Source: the human T2T-CHM13v2.0 reference genome, Homo sapiens. Taken from it: a DNA stretch of 64,000 nt. Where the stretch lies: NCBI RefSeq assembly GCF_009914755.1, contig NC_060942.1. The stretch is one strand, 5' to 3'. Positions 30,430 to 40,394 of the stretch are shown one piece after another; the stretch's first letter is position 1, and each line of letters opens with the position of its first letter. A program made the position numbers and the translations under genes. The notes beneath the pieces were generated by a model. The model had not been told where the DNA came from, did no database searches, and was given only the letters and a program-made list of their open reading frames with translations.

Positions 30430-31960
30430 TGGGTTCTCCGAGCACCAGGACTTGTTGCTCCGGCGGGAACTCGCGCGGATCCACCGGCTCGGCACATCCT
30501 GCCTACAAGTAGGGCGGCGTGTGCTAGGAGCCGGGCCCCGGGCCGAGTCGTCCGTGCCGCAGCGGAGAGCTCCGACCGGCGCGGCCCCACCATCCGCTGA
30601 CCTTCGCCCGGTCCGGCCTGGAGCCCGGCCGCGGCCTCCCTAGGCCTCTCTAGGCCGGGCGCCGGTTCAGCGAGGACCGGAAGCGCCCGCCGTCCGCCCT
30701 TCCGCCTCCAGGCCGCGGGCGCCAGGCCGGGGGCGGGCTGGGGACGCCCTGGGAGTGCCCCGGGGGCCGCCTTCTTCCCCGCAAGCCCGGAGCGGGCGTC
30801 GCTCCCGCCCCCGCCTCGTCTTCAGTTCCCCCGTCGCTTCCGCCGCCGTGGGTAGAACAGACCCGAGCTGGGAGCCAGGCCTGCGGCCCCTCGAACACTA
30901 GCCACATCTGGCCCGCCGGGCCTAGCACGGAGAGAGGCCCTGGGGCTTGGCGGCCGGGGCCGGGAGAGGTCGCGCGGCCAAGGACACCCGAGGGCCTGGG
31001 CTGCCTCCCCGCCCTTCCCCGCCCCTCCCCTCGGCCCTGGAATCAATAGTGGCCGCTGACTTTTCACGACAATTGCAGCTGTCTAATTCATCAGCGAATA
31101 ATTAAATCAGAGGCCGCCGGGCCTGCCTGGAGTCGGAGACGAGGGGTCGCTCCTCTCAAATCCTGTCAAATTGGGGAGCCAGTGGGCAGCGCGGAGAGCG
31201 GACAGGCCTCGCCCTGCGCCGAGGCTGCGAGAGCCGCCTGGACCCGGCGCCATTCCGAGTGTAGGGGGAAGCAAGCCCCCAGGTGTGGGGAGCAAAAGGA
31301 AGGAGGAGGGCACAGGCGGGGGCCCCGCCGAGGCTGGACTCCCTCGTCAGCAGGGCCCTCCTGGCCGGTGCGTGGTCCGGGTGCCCGGCGTGGGGCAGCG
31401 GCCGTGGGGCCCACAGACACCATCCTCACGCAGACTTCGCGAATGTCGTGGAACTCCATCCTCGGGAGGCGCTTTGCCTTTGAGGAAGATGGAGAGGAGT
31501 CGGGAGAAGCGCCTAGAAACCGCATTGATTTAGACATCAATCCTGGCCGGCTCCCTCCGCCTGCCGAGCTGCGGGGCCGCGCCGCCCCGTCCCCGAGAAG
31601 CGGACCTAGGGTACGCCGGGCTCCGCCGAGCGGGCAAAGGGAGCGGCCTGCGCCGCCACCCCGCGCCCGCGGCCTCGACGCCGCAGCCGCCACGCCAACA
31701 CCGATTCCTCGTGGCCAACAGGTTTCTCGCAGCCCTCCGAGTCGGCAGCGCCGCCCGCGTCCCTCTTCCAGCCGGGCCGGCGGGACGCCCTCAGAGCTTG
31801 TGCTCTCTCGAGGCCGCCGAGCCCACTGAGCCCGGCCGGGGCGCTGGTTCGCGTGGGCCGCGGGGAACAGGTCCCGCTTCTCCAACGACCACGGCCCCGG
31901 CGGCTGCGAAACGGCCACCTCCGACCCTTGAGTCCGCCAGAGTCGCTCTCCCTTTCACAT
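30430..31960. promoter_or_regulatory. CpG island ~7-8 kb upstream of the ONECUT2 ATG
   Basis: Very GC-rich, abundant CpG, no repeats. Confidence 0.9.
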
Positions 31961-33263
31961 TTGCAAGCAAAACAACATACGTAATAGTGACATCGAGGCA
32001 CTTTTCCAAACTAAAATGATCCTAAAATAATCTGAATGTACTGTTACTTTTGATCGTGTTACCCCAAAAGATTAGCTCAGATTCACTTGGTTCTTTTATT
32101 TCTTTGGGAGATGATACTCGAGGAATCTGAAAAAATATACGATTTTTAAAAACGATATGATTCGCATACCTATTTCAACCCCTCGGTTGGTTTTGTTAGT
32201 TTCCAAATAGAAATATTGCCTTTTGAAATCGGAGATCATATTTCTCAAGTTTAAAATCTAGCCAAGTCTTTTTTTTTTTAATACTCCGTCTGAAATTTTT
32301 TTCCATGGTAGCTAGACAATTGAAATTATACACAAAGATTTTTTAACTCTCGGATTTTCATTGGAAGGGGACGTAAATAGTTTTTGTACTAATGCCTAAA
32401 CAATATTGGATCTTCAATCAAAAAGTATTTTCAGGGCAAATAAATGATAGTTTTAAGAGGGTAATAAATAAAAGCAACACCCGTGCTTAGTGTCTCAGGG
32501 CAACTTGAAAACAGCTCCACTTTCAGGGAGTTAAATTTGTCCTTTTTACAATCAACTGCAACTTTTGCCTTCCTTTGGAAAGGACGACAAAAAGATTTCA
32601 CGCACAACTTGACCGGAACAAAGGGACATCATGCCAGTTTTTCTTTTGTGGGGTGACAACTAGAAGAGAGGAAAAGTTTATTTTAACCATACTTGAGTTG
32701 TACTTTTGGAACCCTCCTTTAAAGAGAAAATGTGACGGCAGATCTTTCAACTTAAAAATCGAAGCTATGGGGCTTTGGGGCAGAAGGGACAGATAGCGCG
32801 AGCAAAACTGAAAGTCGGTGAGGGGAAATTTTGTCTTCGTTCTCAGACTAAGTTGCCTATTTAAAATGAAACTTTCTTCTAGAGCAAAATCTCCGTTCCC
32901 CTAAGAGCTGTGCTTCCCCCACCCCTTCCGCAAAAAGAAGCCCTTGGGTATTTGCAGGTTCGAATCCTCAACCTTCCCTCCTTTGAATTTCATTTTCCCA
33001 AAAGAGTAGAATTATTTCTCCCACCAGCTTCTGCAGCGTTAGCATCCGAAAAATCGGGTGGGTGGGGCGTTGCAGAAAGGGTCTGCAGTTGGCCCCGAAT
33101 TCGGAGGAAGGAAAGTCCCTGGAAGGGACCGCAGTCCCAGCCCCCAGTCCTGGGGACCGGTCCGGATCAGAGGCCCGGCCACCCACTTCCACCCAAACTC
33201 CTCACGGGAGGGGGCTGTGGAAACCCTGAGAGGGCAGGGAGCTGGAGAAGCAAAGAAATGTAC

Positions 33264-33291
33264 GTGTGTGTGTGTGTGTGTGTGTGTGTGT
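33264..33291 (+). repeat. (TG)n microsatellite
   Basis: About 14 GT units. Confidence 0.95.
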
Positions 33292-36200
33292 CAGGGAAGT
33301 AAGCGGTTCCCGAAGACACAAAACTTCAACAGTCCCCTATCTATATGGGTAGAGGAGGGCGATCAAGGTCGGCCGCCCTGGTGTTCTTTTAAACTAGACA
33401 GGTGGACGCGCTAGCAGCTTAGCTAGGCAGAGCTGGGATTCCGGTTTCCCCTGCAGACTGACACTCCCTGGAGCAGGTGCCAAAGCCCTTTGGGGTGGGG
33501 TCTCCTCCCCTTTCCCCTCTCTCAAGCCTGCCCACTCTCGGCGTCTGGACTTCGGAGGAAACTATAGTTTGCTTCCCGCAGCCCTACTCCCCCACCTTCT
33601 AATCCAGGTGCTGGGCTTGGGGCTCGGAGAGAACCTTCCCCCAGCACGCAGGGCTCCTGTCGCTTCTTTTTCCTTTCCCTAAGAGGCCGGACAAGGGTGA
33701 GAACAAGACTAACAACCCCATATCTCTCCCTGCCCTCACGCAAAGTATCTTTTGTCAACCAAAAAGTTAAGGGCAGTCCCCTGCCAGCTCTGCTAACCTG
33801 GCGTTTTGAATTTTAACAAGATTAACGAAGAAGAAGGAGACAAAAAAGGACGCGTTTGGCCTCACCACCCAGAAAAACAAACAAACAAAAACTTTCCAAG
33901 ATCCAACTGGCAAATCTGAAAAGTGACGGTGAATTGTGACAGTGAATTTCTGAGCTGAGAGGCCAAAGAGAATTAGTGGGGCCCGGCTTCGGTTTTAGTT
34001 TTATTCTCCCTGGGCTCAGCCAGCCCGAGCTTTCAAACAGAAGAAACCTGAAGCTAATGAAGATCTCAAACAGAGCCACAATTCCGAGGGCCCCTTTTCC
34101 GCCACAAGCACCCACTGTCCATCTGCACGTGTAATCACAGAGACTTGCCCTGTCTTCATTACCAGGGGATCCGAGGAAAGGGGAGAAAATTCTCTGTCGT
34201 GAAAAGGAACCTTGTGTTATCACTACTATTATTTGTGTATAGCGACCTAAGAGTTTCCTTGTCCTCTTCAAATTCCCCTACAATATTGAAACAGCATTTG
34301 TTGCCCCATTCTTACAAACGTTTGAGGCCTTTCTGGAAAACCATTACCATTCAAAGGCTAGAAAATTGCTCTCCTTCCTTTTTTTTTTTTTTTTTTTTTA
34401 AAAAAAAGGCAGGCGCAGCAGCAGCTATAACAGATAACAAAAACTTTCTACCGCATAATCCTCGCCCTCAGAATGACAAAGAAATGATATTGACTTACCC
34501 CCGAACGGATGATGTGTTTGATAAGGGAGGGAAATTTTTTTTTTTTTTTGAAGATTTCTGTTGAGGAGCTGCACAGACAGCTGCAATTCATGGGCGACGC
34601 TGATTGCCAGAAACGCTATGGATTGGCATGGGGTCTGCAGCTCACAGATCCCTGATCAATACCCCTACACTAACACGCCAGATGGTTTGGGGAAGGACAA
34701 AAATAAAATAGTCCAAATCAACCCACCATTATGTTTTTTTGTGTGTGTATTGCTCTGATAACCTAGTTGTAGCATAAATGTGTTCTACCCTGACACAAAA
34801 CCTGACAAGATTTCGAGCATTGGGGTAGAAATTAGCAGCTCTCCTCTACCCTAGATTTGGGTCGTGGTTACTGTTGTATAGTAAAAACAAAGATATTGGG
34901 CCCCTTATGCAGATTGGGTTTACTTGTGGTCTGTTTATCTTTTTCCGTGAATAATTTATAAAATATCTCTTTTAATTGAATGTTCACCTCTCTGTGTGTG
35001 TCTCTCTATACCTAAAAACAATTTTATTGTGGAAAACACATACGAAAAACTCCGATAGTAAATAGTTATTTTCCTGCAATTGCTAACTCAAGTTCAGAAT
35101 GTTTTTCTTTTACAGTGCAATAGCCTATAATAGTCTTGTTGTCGAAGCTGCATTTTATTTTCATGCTTCTTTTGACCCATTTAAGTTTCTGATCTTCAAG
35201 AAAATTGGACCTGTGAATGTGGCATGCTAAGTGAATATCCAGGTCCTGATATAATGCTTGGTACAACTGTTTGTCCAGATTCTAATAGCCGTGAATTAGC
35301 ACTTATCATACCACATTTCTATACAGTGTGTTTGTAAATCAAATGCTGGTGGGGAGGGGGGAGAAGAGGAGTGTAACTTCAAATTAAAAGAAAAAATTCC
35401 AAGTTGCAGAACTTCTTAAGGTTAAAGTATGGATGCTAAACAAGGGGCAGTTAGAAAGCCACTTTCCCTTATATTTTCTTAAAGAACTATAGAGAAAGAA
35501 ACATCAAAAATATTTCAAAAAATACTTGAAAATCGTATTAGTATTGATACTCCAAAAATTGTCTTGAAGTAAAAAACAAATATTGTTCCTTTTTAGAAAG
35601 AAAGAGAAAAGGGCATCCAAACCTAATTCAGTAAAAATTAGGGTGCTCACTAAACAAGCACATCCATTTTCCTTTTAAATGGATTTTGGGTTGAAACATA
35701 AAACCTCAAACCACCATTATAAAAACAACGTGAAAAATCTGCTTTAATTCTAGTCCAATGAAATTATACACAAAGAAGCCAATACGATTTCATGATTTCC
35801 CTGAGATCGCCAATATTGATCGAGGGAAGGCGGAGGGATGGTGGGAGTGAGGGAGGAGGGAGGGAGGAAGGAAGGAAGCGAGGCAGCGAGAAAATGCAAC
35901 TCACCTTTCTGCTCCCAGGCACACCGAAATATAATTCCCAAAAGCAGGTTTATCTCAGTGTCCTGGCAAATGAGTTTAACATTTTGAAAATTTATTTAAA
36001 TGGCAATTTATATACCTAGGTTTCTGTATGGAGGAAGCATCAGCCTAGGGTAACTGGCCACTCCTTGAGACTGAAGCCAGCAGAGCAGCAGAGGCTACCT
36101 TAGCACTGGGGCATATCAGACCCACTACTTCCCAGTTCTGCTTCTCTCCTGCTGTATTTCAGTCCCTGTGCACTCATGGACCAAGAACAGGTTGCACTCT

Positions 36201-37242
36201 CGTGAACTTTTGCTCAACTCAGTATTATATTTCAAACATTAACTGACTCAAATCATCCCAAGTGTCCAGATGCCATATATAAGGTAGGGAGTGCGAAGAG
36301 AGACAGTAGGAGGGGGTGAGGAGGAGAGGAAAAACAGAGAAACCAAAATCTGAGTTATTTTACCTGGCTCCTGTTGTGACACTAGAGATGTGAGCAACCA
36401 GAAAAGTATGTCTGGCAAACCAGAGGATCTGCCGCTTTCTTACTCAGGCTTTGATAACACAGAGAAGACGCTATTTGAAAGAATAATTGGCAGCGTATTG
36501 GCCAGAGCTCAATGAAGTTGATCTATGAATAACGTCACTGTACATTCATGTGACAGGGTGGGGGTGGGGGTGTTGCTCTGAAGCAAGAAGAGAGAGGAGG
36601 GCGGCAGAAAAGGTCACTGAGACTAAGAACTGTTTTCCAAATGAATCAAACCTTTCTCTGGCACCAAGAAGGGACATACAGTATTCCGAGCTCTGCCCTT
36701 GTTTTCTTATCAAGTTTTCTCTAACAGCTGGAAGTGGTTGAAGGGGGCTGTCTTAAGGAGACCCCCTGCTCTTCTTTTGACAGCTGATCAAAAGAAAATA
36801 GGTCACGCTTCTCAAACTTATGTCCACCCTGTCCTTAATTACTGTCTCTTTAAACAAAGGCAACATCTGCGCAACCTCAGCTAGCTTGAATCTTCGGAGG
36901 CAAACAGAGCGCAACCTGCTTTGGAAGAATCTTGTTACGTTTAAGGCTTTATGCCGGGTGTTGGCCTCTCTGTCTTCAACTACCCCTCCACCCCGACTCG
37001 GACTGCAGAAATCTCCAACTCTCTGTCCCCCAGTTCCACTCCCACCTCCAGACCTGGGGTTGCCAAACAACGGAAATTCTAGGAAGACGTAGGTGCGGTT
37101 TTTAAAGCCTTGGCTTGTGAGCGTTCTCAGGCTGGCCGGGGCGCTGGTCTTTTCAGAAACAAGGTTTGAATATGCAGGTGTCAGCCAGGATTCCTTGTCG
37201 TCTGCCCACCGCCGTTTCTCTCCCGGGATTTGAGAGAAGCGG

Positions 37243-37244
<2 letters not shown>

Positions 37245-37283
<39 letters not shown>

Positions 37284-37291
37284 TGTGTGTG
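37245..37291 (+). repeat. (TG)n(CG)n(TG)n microsatellite
   Basis: Alternating purine-pyrimidine tract of ~47 bp. Confidence 0.95.
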
Positions 37292-37589
37292 TCTCGTGTT
37301 AGGAGAAAGGTCCGTGGTTGCCGTCTCAGCTGGTTTGCTTACTCTCTGCCCCCAGGAGAAGTTTGCTCACTTGGGACACCAGCGACCCTCCTCACCTCCA
37401 CCTCACCGGTTCTACACTCTCCCCACTTCTTTCCAAGTCGCTGATGCAGAAAGCACTTGGTCACCTTGAAACGGCAGCTCCCGGAATTCTAGTTTTGTTT
37501 TGCAATCTAGCAGGGCTCTTCGGAAGCCTCATAACTGAGATTTATGGGCTCACCGGGTAATTAAATGATGTTATTGTGTTAACTTTGCA

Positions 37590-38588
37590 TGCATTACTGC
37601 TGCCCGCGCCGCCCGTGGGCCGCCGGCCGGCCGCAGCTCGCTGGCGACGAGGGCACTACAGTTGCTCTGACCGCGTAGATTATGCATGTCCCGGCCTCGG
37701 GAATTTACCATGCATTAGAATACATTAGCGCCTGCATTTTAAAAGGCTAAACTATTGGCTCCCAGCTAGGGACTCTCGGTAAGTGGCTTGTTAGTGACGA
37801 GTGTTTGTCTATACTGGCACATAGCGGAGTCTTTTGCTCCCGGCTTACTCGCCTCCAGGAAAGCTTTGGGGTGAGGCGAAGGCGATTGAAGCAATGCCCC
37901 TTCCCCCAGATCGCAGCTGCTCAGGGGGGACACAGCACGGCATCTTTCACCGAATCTCTCTCGCTCGCTCGCACTCCAGCCTCCCTCTCCCCAGCGACCC
38001 CCCCACCTTCTCCTCCCTCCCTCTCCTTGACGTTTGATTCCAGTAGCAAAGGAGGTAAAAAAGGCACCGAGCCGTCAGCCAAACCTGAAAAGTGCGGCCC
38101 CGCCCCCTCCACAGCCACTGGTAGCTTCCCGTGGAAGGCCCGCCTCCCGGGGCAGCTGCGGCCTCGGAGTGGTTGCGCTTGGCGCCCGTCGGGCGTGGCC
38201 CCGCCCCAGGTCCGGGAGGGTAGGTTGGCTGCCCCGGCGAGCGGCAGAGCCCTTCTGGACAGCTCCCGCTCACCCAAACAGAAGACGTCGGCGCCGGAGC
38301 GGGCTCGGACATGGCGAGGCTGCGAGCCGGCCCGAGCGGCGGGGCCCGGTGATCCCTCCCTCCCTCCCCGTCCCCTCCCCTCTCCCGCACGCACGCCCCG
38401 TCCGCCCCCACCCCGCCCCCACCCCGGGCGAGCCCGCCCGCAGCCCGGGGCGCACACCCGCACGCGCACTCCTCTCCACTCACTCCCGCGCCCGCCCCCA
38501 CTCCCGCAGCCGAGCCCCGCCACGCGCGCCTTGCCCGCCCGCCGGCCGCCCCCGCCGCCCCCGCCGCCCCCGGGCCCTGATGGACTGA
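37590..38588 (+). promoter_or_regulatory. ONECUT2 promoter / 5' UTR CpG island
   Basis: CpG-dense. GC boxes (CCCCGCCCC at ~38098 and ~38199) and an inverted CCAAT (ATTGG, 37755) lie directly upstream of the coding exon. The exact TSS cannot be read from sequence. Confidence 0.85.
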
Positions 38589-39816
38589 ATGAAGGCTGCC
38601 TACACCGCCTATCGATGCCTCACCAAAGACCTAGAAGGCTGCGCCATGAACCCGGAGCTGACAATGGAAAGTCTGGGCACTTTGCACGGGCCGGCCGGCG
38701 GCGGCAGTGGCGGGGGCGGCGGCGGGGGCGGCGGGGGCGGCGGCGGGGGCCCGGGCCATGAGCAGGAGCTGCTGGCCAGCCCCAGCCCCCACCACGCGGG
38801 CCGCGGCGCCGCTGGCTCGCTGCGGGGCCCTCCGCCGCCTCCAACCGCGCACCAGGAGCTGGGCACGGCGGCAGCGGCGGCAGCGGCGGCGTCGCGCTCG
38901 GCCATGGTCACCAGCATGGCCTCGATCCTGGACGGCGGCGACTACCGGCCCGAGCTCTCCATCCCGCTGCACCACGCCATGAGCATGTCCTGCGACTCGT
39001 CTCCGCCTGGCATGGGCATGAGCAACACCTACACCACGCTGACACCGCTCCAGCCGCTGCCACCCATCTCCACCGTGTCTGACAAGTTCCACCACCCTCA
39101 CCCGCACCACCATCCGCACCACCACCACCACCACCACCACCAGCGCCTGTCCGGCAACGTCAGCGGCAGCTTCACCCTCATGCGCGACGAGCGCGGGCTC
39201 CCGGCCATGAACAACCTCTACAGTCCCTACAAGGAGATGCCCGGCATGAGCCAGAGCCTGTCCCCGCTGGCCGCCACGCCGCTGGGCAACGGGCTAGGCG
39301 GCCTCCACAACGCGCAGCAGAGTCTGCCCAACTACGGTCCGCCGGGCCACGACAAAATGCTCAGCCCCAACTTCGACGCGCACCACACTGCCATGCTGAC
39401 CCGCGGTGAGCAACACCTGTCCCGCGGCCTGGGCACCCCACCTGCGGCCATGATGTCGCACCTGAACGGCCTGCACCACCCGGGCCACACTCAGTCTCAC
39501 GGGCCGGTGCTGGCACCCAGTCGCGAGCGGCCACCCTCGTCCTCATCGGGCTCGCAGGTGGCCACGTCGGGCCAGCTGGAAGAAATCAACACCAAAGAGG
39601 TGGCCCAGCGCATCACAGCGGAGCTGAAGCGCTACAGTATCCCCCAGGCGATCTTTGCGCAGAGGGTGCTGTGCCGGTCTCAGGGGACTCTCTCCGACCT
39701 GCTCCGGAATCCAAAACCGTGGAGTAAACTCAAATCTGGCAGGGAGACCTTCCGCAGGATGTGGAAGTGGCTTCAGGAGCCCGAGTTCCAGCGCATGTCC
39801 GCCTTACGCCTGGCAG
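38589..39816 (+). CDS. ONECUT2: One cut homeobox 2 (OC-2), coding exon 1 (409 codons + 1 nt, phase-1 intron); homeodomain exon is outside the window
   Basis: MKAAYTAYRC...MNPELTMESL, poly-Gly/Ala/His tracts, TP box TTLTPLQPLPPISTVSDKF and CUT domain EEINTKEVAQRITAELKRYSIPQAIFAQRVLCRSQGTLSDLLRNPKPWSKLKSGRETFRRMWKWLQEPEFQRMSALRLA (~39576-39816). Ends at the consensus donor CAG|GTAAG (39816/39817). Confidence 0.98.
38697..38750 (+). repeat. (GGC/GGG)n coding repeat, poly-Gly (G3-S-G14)
   Basis: Direct translation. Confidence 0.95.
38868..38891 (+). repeat. Coding poly-Ala (A8)
   Basis: GCG/GCA codons. Confidence 0.95.
39090..39140 (+). repeat. Coding His/Pro-rich tract ending in (CAC)8
   Basis: HHPHPHHHPHHHHHHHH. 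Confidence 0.95.
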
Positions 39817-39900
39817 GTAAGGCCGGGGCTAGCCAGGGGCCAGGCTGCTGGGAAGAGGGCTCCGGGTCCGGTGCTTGTGGCCCAAGTCTGCGCGCCGAGT

Positions 39901-40050
39901 CACTTCTCTTGATTCTTTCCTTCTCTTTCCTATACACGTCCTCTTTCTTCTCGTTTTTATTTCTTCTTCCATTTTCTCTTTCTCTTCCGCTCTTCCCCTA
40001 CTTTCCCTTCTCCCTTTTCTTTTTCTTTCTTACTCTCTCCTTGTCCCTGA
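39901..40050 (+). repeat. CT-rich low-complexity polypyrimidine tract
   Basis: About 150 nt of almost only C and T. Confidence 0.9.
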
Positions 40051-40394
40051 GCTTTCATTGACCGACCCCCCCCCATTTCATTCGCCCTCCCCTCAATGTG
40101 CCAACCTTTGCCCTATTTCCGATCTTCCCAGGTACTGGGAGGCGGGATGGGGGTGTGCGTTTTCCTCTAGGAGCCCTGTCTTTCCAAGACCCACAGAAAC
40201 CAGGACCTGCCCTTATTCAAAACCCCATGCACTTCAAGTCTCTTTTAGACAACACATTTCAATTTTCCGGGCTGACTAGTCTCCCTGTGCAGAGGCAGTT
40301 GAGAGGCTTTGCTCTGCAGAGGGAAAAGAGCTCTCTACTCTCCCACCCACCATATAGGCAAACTTATTTGGTCATTGGCTGAAGGCACAGCCTT

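Noticed and set aside
30258-32019. Overlapping long ORFs (up to 250 aa) on both strands of the upstream CpG island
   Set aside because: Arg/Pro/Gly/Ala-rich, open in several frames at once, with no recognisable domain; expected from high GC content. A non-coding transcript cannot be excluded.
37805-38761. 318-aa ORF and other ORFs overlapping the promoter
   Set aside because: Non-ATG starts and low-complexity GC-driven composition, with no domain evidence.
39817-40061. C-terminal extension of the 490-aa ORF (GKAGASQ...FSFLFLL)
   Set aside because: It lies past the consensus donor CAG|GTAAG and is open only because the CT-rich tract lacks stop codons; it is intron.
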